This document shows positions 53,129 through 64,000 of a stretch of 64,000 nucleotides of DNA, piece after piece; positions within the stretch are counted from its first letter, which is position 1, and every line of letters starts with the position of its first letter. Location of the stretch: assembly GCA_964016885.1 (NCBI GenBank), contig OZ024742.1, positions 272,242,001 to 272,306,000 of the forward strand, read 5' to 3'. Made by a program: the position numbers and the translations under genes. The notes under the pieces are model-generated. The model was not told the DNA's origin and made no database searches. It was given only the letters and a program-made list of their open reading frames with translations. The DNA is from Eledone cirrhosa (taxonomy: Eukaryota).

Positions 53129-53161
53129 ATTATTATTATTATTATTTGTTGTTATTATTAT

Positions 53162-55962
53162 GAGATGGCTGTAACTAAGACGGAGTAAGTTAGTTCAATT
53201 TTTATGAGTTATCGAAAGTTCTCTATACTATTTTTTACATCGGTGTGTAGTTAAAGAACGCCACTTTCAAAGGAGGTGGTTTTTTAACAGTATCTCGCGC
53301 CCTTGAGGGATAAATTTGCATTGATTTACAAGCATACCCCAACATTTTTTTTAAAAAGGACATGGCGGACAAAAAGAATTGTCCACAGGGACGAACAGCG
53401 GGTTGTTCGGAAGGTGGAGCAGCCGATTCCACCCAATCACAAGGCAAAGTAAAAAACAAGAGAATCAGCAGCAGCAATTATAGTGACAGTGGTCGTGACA
53501 ACAACAGCAGCAGCCACTGGAACAGTGGCAGTAGTTTGGGAAATTATAACGAACACTACCCTACGCTAGAAAAATCAAACTCCACCACCACGCCAATAAC
53601 AACAATGACAACAGCAACAGCATATAAAGAAACCAAGGAGCAACAACTATTACATCAGCAACACAGAGAAAAAATAAAAACAAACATAAACACCAACGAT
53701 GGCAACAACAACAAAGACAAAACTAGCTATAAGACAACACTAATCAAAACAAACACATCTTTCGCTAAGCGACAAACAAAATTTAATAACTACACATCAC
53801 CAATGAAGAAATAAAACAAGCAACAGTTTTGGTTAAAAAGACCGGACACATGGTAAGTCTCACCGCCCAGCTGAGATAAGAAGAAACAAGCTTTTGTGTT
53901 CGTTCAGTTATCGCACGATCGGAACAAAATCGCGGCGTTGAACGGGCAACGGAGTCACAGGTCATGGAGCTATGGGTGACGTCTGGGCACAGAAAACATA
54001 CTTAGCCCGGCGATCTAGATATGGCACTGTGGTTGTGTTCTTCGCTACACCAGAAGAAGCCAGAACACACTCCATTGCGCCACTCCTCAGTGACGAAATC
54101 ATAATGATGCCCACATATCGCGGCTAGAGTGTCGTGAGGGTTCGAGTGGCCAAGGTTCGGCCCTCAGTGAAGATGGCGTGGTTGACGGCGGCCGTCCTCG
54201 CTGACGTTGAGGATTCAACAACTAAACTCAACAACATGCGAATAAGGCAGGAAAACTGGACAGGGTCGAGGATGGAGCTAATCATCCAAGCAAACCATGA
54301 GAGCATTGAGGCCATCCCCGATGTAATAGACCTGGACGACGGTAGCCATCTCCCCGTGACTGTCGAAGGTAGACACCCAAGCTGTCATGGGTGCGGTGAC
54401 AAGACGCACCTTAAATCGCCTGGTTTGGATGGTCTGCCCTACGAATTTTACATACATATGCCAGACTTGTTCGTAGACCTCTTCGCTGACGTCTACTGCA
54501 ACTGGCAGCAGAACGGGAGTATTCCCAGCTCTGTGAGCCAAGGAGCGGTGGCGCTGCTGAGAAATGATCCCAGCATAAAAACTTTCAGTCTGAAAATTCT
54601 GCTAAACACAGACTTTAAGATTTTGGCTAAAGTACTATCAAAGAGGTTGGCGCTTGCCGTTGGTGGACTGTTGGGGGAGGCGCAAACAGGCGCCATTCCA
54701 GACATATCCATCCACGAAACCGCCACCTCATGTGATACATCGTAGAGAGGGTAGCTAGAGAAGGTGGCATGGGTGGGCTTTGATCAATTTAGATCAGTCA
54801 AAAGCTTTCGATAGGGTCGACCATCATTATCTGGCAGCAGTCCTGAGAGCAGCTGGCTTTGGGCCTGTCATCAGAGGCTGCATTGCTGCCATGCACAGCG
54901 ACATCTGCTCTGTGGTGAGAGTGAACACTCACCTTTCGGAATCTTTCAATATCCTGCGCTCGATCGGCCGAGGATGTCCTCTCTCGTCTTTGTTGTACGT
55001 ATTGACTCTCGAGCCATTACTGCAGAAACTGGAGACGTAGGGGGTGATCCCGCGCGAACTAGGATGCGGAAGAACAGTGTCAGATTATGCAGACAACACC
55101 ACCGTAGTGGTGTCGAACGCCAAACACAGCGAGGCGATCGGCACCACTCTAAGAGAATACGAGGTAGTGACTGGAGCAATGATCAACGAGGAAAAATCAG
55201 TAGGCCTGCAACTCGGCACCTGGAGAGGCATGCTCATGCCGTCCAACAGCGTTGTTGGGCGCTGGACGGACCAGTTAAATTGCTAGGGGTCTGGTTTGGT
55301 CCGGACCTTCAGACGGACAAAAACTGGGAGAAGGTCACGAGCAAGGTGGTTTTTCTCGCCCAGAAATGAGCCGAGAGGAAGCTATCCCTGAAAGATTGAG
55401 CAGAGGTGGCGAATGCCTACATCGCGTCCGTCATCTACTACTGCCTGCCCGTCGGGCATTGTCCTAAGCCTCGCCTAACTGAATGGAACGTTTGCTCTTT
55501 CGCTTTTTGTGGAAGGGACGTGCTTCTATGATCAGGCGGTGAATCTGCTGTCAAAACCAGCTACGCGGAGTGCTTGGCATGCCGTAGCTGATGATCCGCA
55601 GAAATGCGCTCATGCTACGACATCTCCACCTCTACCTCGAGAGTGATCAGGTGTGATCACCCTTTGCAAAACAAATGTTTCCCCAGCTTGTTTCCTTGGC
55701 GGAGATGCAGTCCTGCGTCAAACGAAGACCGAGAGGAAGCGTTTGGAGACTGGAATCTCTTCAGGCGCTTACAGCCCTCGACCAGTCGGGCTATAGAATC
55801 GCTGAAAACTCCACATTGGCGTTCTATAGAGAATTAGTGGAGGGAAGGAGCAACGACGTCCTTGGAGAGACTCTAGGCGTCGACGAAAACCGACTAGCTA
55901 ATCTGTTCGGGAGAACTTTCCAGTCGGGGCCCATGGATAACTTCCAGAAATCCCTAGCCTGA
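53162..55962 (+). mobile_element. Tx1/L1-type LINE copy F with a large internal deletion, 3'-truncated
   Basis: ORF1 starts at 53362. The knuckle CHGCGDKTHLK joins directly to RT-proximal SPGLDGLPYEFY, followed by DQSKAFDRV and YADN. Confidence 0.87.
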
Positions 55963-56217
55963 AGATTTACTACTAGTGACGTACTTAATGTTTTCTTCGT
56001 GTAAACATGTTGTGGTCTGTACAGAAACCGTTATCGCAGTCGTCATCAATCTATCACACCATCTTCTATTGATGATGTCACTAAACTCTGTAGACTTCTT
56101 AAGATTTCAGCAGCATCTAAGGCAATGTAAGACGTATCAGCTTTCTCTCTGAGTCTGGACTACCATTCCATTTCGTTTTGGCATAAGGAGTATTATTCTT
56201 ATTAATATTGTTATTAT

Positions 56218-57565
56218 TACAGTCTCAGTCATTGATGTTATTTAACTGGAAAGTTAGTTCAAATAAACATCAAGCTGCTCTCTGCAGCCTCATATTTTCA
56301 TGACTTTTGGGAGGGTTCTTGCTGTTGCCAGCAAACACGCATTTTGAAGTGTTCCAAAAAAGGCGTTGGACTAATATTATTTAACCAAACTTGAAAGCTC
56401 TTCGAGACAGTACCTAGTGCTCCTTTGACAATCGGGACAAACTTGATGTCATGACAGTCCCAAATCCACTTTAACTCCCACTTTAAACCCTGGTATCGGA
56501 TAATTTTCTCCTACTTTTGTTGCACTCTTGTGTGAAAGGGGCAGGCTATTTCTACAATCAGACATGATCTTTTTTCTTTGTCAAAAACCAACCGGTCAAG
56601 TCTATTGTGTCCTAATTTCTTGTCTGTCTGTATCCAGACATCCCATATCACCTTCACTCAAACGTTATCTATCACCGACTCTGGATTATGCTCATACAAC
56701 TCCTCAGAATGTGGTAAATTTATTAGTTTGCATAAATGCCAGTGAATCACCTTTCCGATCATATCATGTCTCCACCCTTTATAGTGAATCTGGGCTAGGT
56801 GTTTACACTCGGCTACGATGTAAGCCACGGTCTCCTCTCTCTCTCTCTTCACGGATGCTACACAGTGAGCTAGTCTCCTCCTTGTCAATATGGGAATTCA
56901 CCCACTTCGCTCTGACGGATGCAGCCATTAGTATTCCTTCTATAGCTTTTTTAAGGCCACCTCTTTTGAACCAAACAAATCCGTGACTGTGGATCTCTGT
57001 ATTCCCTGTTCTTAAAGAATGTGCTTTGAAGGGATTGTTCATGAAGGTTAATCTTCCTCTTTGTGGTTACTTCCTCCTAGAAAATCCCCTGGTCTTTTGT
57101 ATTCTCCATCGGTACAGCTTTGATCGCCTGCTTCTTACTCTCAGACACTCAGTTTTGCAGACCACTCTTCTCCATATGAACACAATCCTCTATGCAGATA
57201 AGACTACTTCCACATTCAGATCTCTTTAAGTAGAGTCTATCAACATCGTCCCTCTTATCGAACATGATGTACATAGTCATTAGCTTCCTAGTCTTTCTAT
57301 CCATTCCTGTTTTTTCAGTAACATTCCATTTCAGAATTCCCGCACTGCACCTAATAATATACACAGTTTGGTAATTTACTGCACTTATGACATTCCTCCT
57401 ATTTAGATGTGATTTAATATTTATTACTCTTCTTATGTAATCAGATCTTATCAATGCCTTCATTTTTCTGTTCTTGATGTCATCTGCTTCCAGAACACCC
57501 AAATACATGTATTCCTCTTTAGTGTCGATTCCATTTATCATCTCAGCCGTTGGTACCTGGATTCC
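56218..57565 (-). mobile_element. Old, decayed R4/Dong-type fragment
   Basis: YLGVLEADDIK, MDRKTRKL, LKKAIEGILMAA, ETVAYIVAEC and WRHD, with a 3' UTR similar to copy 1 next to a TTA-rich tract. Confidence 0.85.
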
Positions 57566-58260
57566 TCGACAATGCTGGTTGGTGGATATTATTCGCTCTG
57601 TCAGTAAATCGCCGGCCGCAAGTGTTGGTACCGAGATGTATAGAGCGACTACTTTAAGGCTGAAAGCTTACATGTTATCTTCGGATATCCGGCTCCATTT
57701 ACCGTAGACGGTTTATAATCTCCACGGGGCTGCTGAAACCCTTGCTGGTCAGCCTACGGTAGGGAGGCCAGCAATGGTCTCAGTATCCTGGTTAGGAAGC
57801 ATGACATCTTGTAAAGTGGTCCTCCCACACTGGCTACGATGGGTGTGATTTTTCAGGTCAGGTCCTTTCTTATGGGTTTTGATGATGTGATAGAATGTTG
57901 CTAGCCTACTGTTCCTCGTAACGAGGTTTTGCCTCGGCTTCTTCGGGAGTTTCGCCGACCGAAGATGTAGGTCCATGTTGTGTTGATCTGTTCCTCGATC
58001 CTTGCTTAGGCGACACCTCTGACTTTGAAATAGATTATGGCATCGTTGAGGTGCTGGAGAGCTAGTTTGTTATAATCTTCCCTATTGATGCCGCAGAATT
58101 CTCCTTTGTTAGAGGGGCGATAAATGAGATTCCTCGATATCAGGTTGACGTGAACGGTGAGTTGTGACCTAGTGATGTTCCATGTTGTGTATGTGCGTGT
58201 GTATTTATGTGGGATGTCGGAGATATAATGTTTCAAACTCAAGAGTTGTTGTTGAGTTCA
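57566..58260 (-). mobile_element. Penelope-like RT N-terminal fragment
   Basis: RPSNKGEFC...DYNKLALQHLND and RLATFYHIIKTHK resemble the element at ~12210-12340. Confidence 0.65.
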
Positions 58261-58714
58261 TGGTTGATGGGTGGGGTTGAAGTGGATTGTCGATATAAAT
58301 TGTCATATTATGGATGATAAATGAGAAATCAACAAATTAATTGGACTGGGCTTGATAGAGAGAGAATATATCAGATTACCTGACCAAGAATACTAATTGA
58401 AAAACAGTCAATTTTGGCATGTATACAAAGACAATGTATCAGCAAAACGTCAATATGTATTGCGGTTTAAAGTTTCTAACGCAGATGAAAAGGTAAATTT
58501 ATATGATGGATTGGTTTGTATTGACTCAAATATATTTCACATCAAATTAATGCCAAATATATTTGAAGAGACTACGTAAGTAAATGGTTTCGCAGTTCCA
58601 TAACACTGGCCAGTATCCCAGGATTGGAGCTTCTACACGAGCATCCTAGCATCGGTAGGGTGTCGAGGGCGTAGCTTTCGTGGTAGCTCAACACACGTAC
58701 ATACGTGCACATAA

Positions 58715-58827
<113 letters not shown>

Positions 58828-59339
58828 AAATTGACTCGAACATCGAGTTTGAGAATCCGTAAGAAAGGTAAAAGGAATAAAATGGCTGAGAGGGGACACA
58901 TACATTTATATACAATCATCAATATTTAGAGCAACTGTCCTTCGACGATTTAAAAGTACTGCATAAGTTAGACGGTAACAAGGTATAATATCTCGTAACA
59001 AGGTATAATATCTATGTTTGTTTAATGTTTCTGTTGGGACAGGTCAGAAAGAGAGAACAAAAACTGCGTCGTCGTAAGAAAGGAGGAATAATGGCAAAGT
59101 AAGCGGAAGTCGCCTCCAAAAGGGAGAAGAGAAGAAAGAAAAGAAGCAATGAGAGGGAAGATAAAGAAAGAACAAAATAATATTGAACAGAGGAAGAGGA
59201 AAGAAATAGCAAACTAAGTTTAAGCATGTTATCAAACCGCAAGCTAGAATAGGTCTGGTAACGTATAAACACAATTAACTCAGACATCGAGTTTGAGACG
59301 CGATGTATTAGAATTCGTATGAACATGGGAAAACTCGGT

Positions 59340-61670
59340 ACAAGGAAACAGTTAAAAATGCAAAGCTCCGTCAAAGCGGCGTTGCTGATTTCTATCATTT
59401 GAGGTAAAATGTTTCCCAATGACGCTTTGATGGAAATATATCCGCTGAGGTGTTCACTTGCAATACGGATGATATATCAGCGCTATTTTGGATTCCTAAA
59501 TCAGACCCATTATCCACGGGTGCAAAAACATGACATCCATTTTTAAAATGGACAAGTACTGTATTTTACAGCCCAAGATGCAGCACAAAAAGCCATAGCA
59601 CGAAGAAAGACAACTTTGCGAGCAGGTTTTAAACTTTGTAAAACAGACTGCTTTTCACGACCTATACTATACTGACAAATACCATTCTCTTACAACGTCC
59701 ATAAGCAGAGAGGAAAATGGAACAATTGAAAACAAGAAAGACCTTCATAAAGTTATCATGTTACTCGTAAAGCCAAAATATTAGATATAATGTACACAAT
59801 ATATCAAAGCGAGTGCGAAGGAGGTTACCCCGTGGTGATACTACTTGATGAAATCACAGGCTCTCAAGGCTTTGATGAACACTGAAAAGTTAATGGTGCA
59901 GTTTTTAACATATATCAAGAAGCCTGCATACGGAAAGGTCTACTGGGATGCGACAATCAATTGTGTGCAACACTTGCAGTGCCATCTTCATCTCGAACAC
60001 CAAAGGTATTCGAAATGTGTTCGCAATTATATCACAGAATTGTGATATAGTCAATCCATCGGCGGCCTGGCTGAAGTATAGGAACGACATATCTGAAGAC
60101 ATCAAACATTAAGCTAAATTGAGAATACCTGACAAAGATGTAACTTTTTCAGACGAACATTACAACAGCTTTGATCGAGATTGTAGACAAACAGTTGGAA
60201 ATTGATTGACTTGCTTTCCATTTATTAAACTTACCTCGCACCGATAGTATTATTTTTTATGGCACGAGAAGTGAAATTTGACGAGAACATTCATACAACT
60301 TAGAAAATCTCATGTCTTCTATTAACAAAAACCATCTTAATCTACTAGGTGATGAACAAGCAGTATATAACATTATCTGGAGTCCATTATGCAAAGGAAT
60401 GGTAGCCAAATTTTTTATCGATTCTCCGGGTGGTAGTAGTAAAAACATACTAGTAGAACCCTATTGTTGTCTAAAATTCGACAAGAGCAAAAACATATCT
60501 TTAGAAGATGCTTTATCTGTAATTGCCGCTACAGTTTAACTTGGTGGTCAGACAGATCAATCTGCTTTCTAAACTTGGGCCTCAGTTTGAATGAAATGTT
60601 CGGGTATAATATAAAGATCTGTCCAATTATTACAATGATGTGTGCCAGTTATGAGAGATGAATACACAATGCAAACACAGTCGCATTGGAAGTCTTGGAC
60701 AGCACATGTATCGATATCCGGATCAACACAACAACCATGGAAGGAATCACTGTAATTCATTCTTTTTTTGGGGAGGTGCTTCCAACAAGCTTTACCTGTG
60801 ATTTCAAATCGAAAGCTTCTGATACTTGGTGAAGCCAAAATGCCCATTGACACTGAAGAATAGCTTGATCATTCGCCATTTATTACTGTTGTGGAAAGCA
60901 CTGCGACATAAAATAATGAGGTGTTCTCCAATTTCGAAATCCACCGTTCCCACAAAGAGTGACTGTGTGAAAGAGCAATTCTTGCCCCTCAAAATATCAC
61001 TGTGAGTACCATCAAAATATTATCTCACAAATGATCCTTGGAGTTAGTTAGACCCATAAATATATGCTCAGAGTTGTCGATGAGGACGATTCTGTTAATT
61101 AAATCATTGAATTTCTCAACAGTCGAGAATCATCTGATATGCCAACACAGAGGCTTGAAGTGATAATGAACGCAGTCACCATGCTTCTCAGAAACCTGTA
61201 TCAGCCAATATTTTGCAATGGGATGTGTATGGCTGTGACTGAACTACAGTCCAGAATTATTGAAGCCAAAATCCTCACAGGATACCGGAAACAGGAAACA
61301 TTGTATTAAAGAGGGGCGGCTGAAAATGTCATAGGCTAACGAAGATACTCTCGTAGAATGACCAAATGTGGTTTACCTTTCAACATGGCACATGGAAAGA
61401 AATTATTTGGAAAGTGAGACACCATATACCGCTAAAAACAACAGATGTATACATTTGTTTCAAATATTTGCAATTTCCACTGAGAGTTATTTACCCTTAA
61501 TATGTCCCAAGCTCACACACTGGATGTGGTCAGTCAATATCTAGAAGAGATTGGTTTCTCACATGGGGCGTTGTATGTAGGTTGTTCCAGAATTAAAAAT
61601 CCCAACAAAGTCTCCATATATGCTTCAAAGTAAAAAGTTAACATTGTATATACTGAAGTTCTGGAAATAT
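59340..61670 (+). mobile_element. Highly decayed Helitron helicase (PIF1-like) coding remnant
   Basis: Frame-broken motifs TYQEAC, SNPSAAWLKYRNDISEDI, FFIDSPGGSSK (Walker A-like), FQQALPVI, MLLRNL...CNG, SQAHTLDVV and FSHGALYVGCSR. Confidence 0.8.
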
Positions 61671-61833
61671 TTATTATGTTCGTAAAATACATTTTTCTAT
61701 TGTTTTCTTAATACATTCTGTATTTATATACTCTGGACGCACTTTTAAAATCATGTTGTGGTATATTTAAATACCTTTTAACATTTTTAAAGAAGAAGGG
61801 CAGTATGAGAGATAACAACAGGTGCCTTATGAA

Positions 61834-61879
61834 TAGCTTTGAGTAGAGCACAGATCGGCTCGAAAGCCAGATTGCGCTA
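61834..61879 (+). ncRNA. Possible degenerate hammerhead-like motif
   Basis: tagc/gcta outer stem, TTGAGTA, stem II GAGC...GCTC, GAAA. The core deviates from consensus and there is no clear NUH triplet. Confidence 0.3.
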
Positions 61880-62084
61880 ATAAGCCTTACCAAACCAGCT
61901 AAGTAGGCCCTAGCCTATGGCTCGAAGACAAATATCAACACAATGGCTCCATAATTTTGCAGAAAAACTTTACTTTACTCTCGTTACAACATACAGTCAC
62001 ACAATGATACACACGCACACACACGTACTTGTTTATTTATTCAGGTGTGTATGTATCCATACATCGACAAAGGATCATATGGCG

Positions 62085-62232
62085 AAAGAGAGAGATAAAG
62101 CGAGAGAGAGAGAGAGAAAGAGAGAGAAATATAAAGAGAGCGAGAGAGAAAGAGAGAGAGATAGAGAGAGAGAAAGAGATAGATAGAGAGAGAGATAGAG
62201 AGCGAGAGAGAGAGAGAGTGGGGGGGGGGGGG
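62085..62232. repeat. (GA)n-rich microsatellite with poly-G
   Basis: Direct reading. Confidence 0.9.
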
Positions 62233-63018
62233 TTGATTGATCCATCTTCATTTCCTGAATTGAATTCTGTATAATTTCTTGTCAGTGAAGTATAAAATAG
62301 TTTGGGATATATAAAGTATTAAGGTAATGTCGGGTAATCTAAGGAAAATCGAAATCTTAGGAATGTTTGAATTTGTTTTGTTAAGAGTAGTTAACATTGC
62401 TTTACGAGTAAATTGTTCATTCCTTACTAAAGCTAGTGTCGTTACATAATTGGTTGTATATGGTTGTTGGGGAAATAAAGGATATATCATTCAACCTGAT
62501 TGGTCCCTTGCCCTATTGTTAAATAGTATAAATTTGATTAAGTGCCCAGAAATGGAAGGGGATTATCAAATCCTGTCTCCAATTGTTGCAAATGAGAATA
62601 AAGTGCACCAATCATAATTGTTAGATGTTATAATGTGGATATATTACAAGCGTGACAAAGGGAATCTATTCGACGATTAATTTGAAAACTGAAAATTTAA
62701 AGCGATGTGAATAATGCGCTAACAGAAATCTGAAGCTGTTTTTTTTTTATATGGACGCACACGCAGACGCGAACAAGTGTTCATGTATGTATGCGTGGAC
62801 GTGTGTATATATATAGAGAGCTTCATTTGATTTACTTCGTTGAGATGAAATACCGATGTGATTGAATACGTCATTTGAATTGCATTGAATGAGAAAGCCA
62901 AAGAGATTCTGGCGACAGGTTGTAAATTATAACATGTACCAGATCATTCTTAAGGGTATACGCATGTTTATTAGAATATATCTATCATTTACACACATAC
63001 ACACACGCACACACACAA

Positions 63019-63049
<31 letters not shown>

Positions 63050-64000
63050 TACACCAACGCACGCACATACACACACACACACATATCCTTATGTTTAAAA
63101 CAAGCGACTCCCTGTTAGATTCATTCAAATATCCATATATATGAATATATATATATATGCATATATATATATATCGATTATGCATTGTTGCATAATATAT
63201 GCAGACGGAGGGTGCAGTGCACCTTACTGCTGCATTGAGTGTGGCTGAAACTCGAGTCCGGGAACTATTATAGGCACCCGTTTTACGTGTGTTGTATTGA
63301 AGCGAATAACTAAGTGTATACTCTGGGAATGTATCTTATATTGCCCATTGAGTACGCTGAGATACAACCGGTCCTGGAATTGATAAATATGCTGGGTCCG
63401 TCAACTCCTTATTATTATTATCTCCCAACTAGCGGACTAATGAGAGTAAGTTAAACAATTGTTCACTTTTTTTTAATTTTTGTTTTGTTTTGACATGGGC
63501 TCTAATTTCCTGCTATTTTATCTCTCACTCTTTTAAGTTGTGAAATAGACTGGTTTTATGCACGCGGCTGCCGCATTTCAGCTCGTTACTATATATCGCT
63601 CTATAATATATAACGGCATTTAAAGTCCGTTAAAGGTTCTTTGCACAACCATTGTTACTATCACTTTCCTCTAGCTATGGGACTTGGAGATTTGAGCCGA
63701 ATGCTAACATTCTATTATACATCGATGTGGGACTGCTATTTCTAATAACCATCTTTTCACCTCTTATTAATTTGTGTGTGAGAAACGTTGGCTGAGAGAT
63801 TTTGACGGGAACGAAAAGATTTGTTTTCTATTCTCCCGCCACAACTAAAGTTTGTAAATCGGTGGCTAGTCGAGGGACAGGGTCGTATCTAAATCCAGTT
63901 GCTAATCGCTTTAGTGTCGGCCGTCACAAACAGTCATGGACGGCATGGGCTGGGGTTTGGATTCTGTCGATCGATTGGTTATTGATTAGTCAATACTCGC

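Noticed and set aside
58300-58580. Possible piggyBac transposase remnant
   Set aside because: Only vague resemblance, with no catalytic motif or TTAA/TIR.
62250-62720. Possible Penelope RT thumb remnant on the minus strand (PLPFLG)
   Set aside because: Too decayed to support without a profile search.

Overview
Repeat-saturated, AT-rich eukaryotic (metazoan) DNA with no recognisable host gene. The tRNA-derived SINE and the microsatellite load resemble cephalopod/octopus DNA; this is from recollection and is unverified. The window holds six decayed Tx1/L1-type LINEs (ORF1 with a CCHC knuckle, ORF2 APE-RT) and two near-identical, full-length R4/Dong-type RLE retrotransposons in inverted orientation, plus three R4/Dong fragments. 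It also holds four Penelope-like remnants, hammerhead-ribozyme-like motifs, two Helitron remnants, two SINEs and two MITE-like palindromes. Four observations stand out. (i) The R4/Dong element appears to carry a Tx1-type 5' leader followed by tandem TATA-containing monomers, suggesting cross-clade promoter capture. (ii) RLE and APE retroelements stack in two mirror-image chains through (TAA)n/(TTA)n arrays with opposite strand polarity. (iii) A conserved splice-donor plus pyrimidine-tract motif lies just upstream of Tx1 ORF2. (iv) The Tx1 ORF1 has a conserved C-terminal domain I cannot assign.
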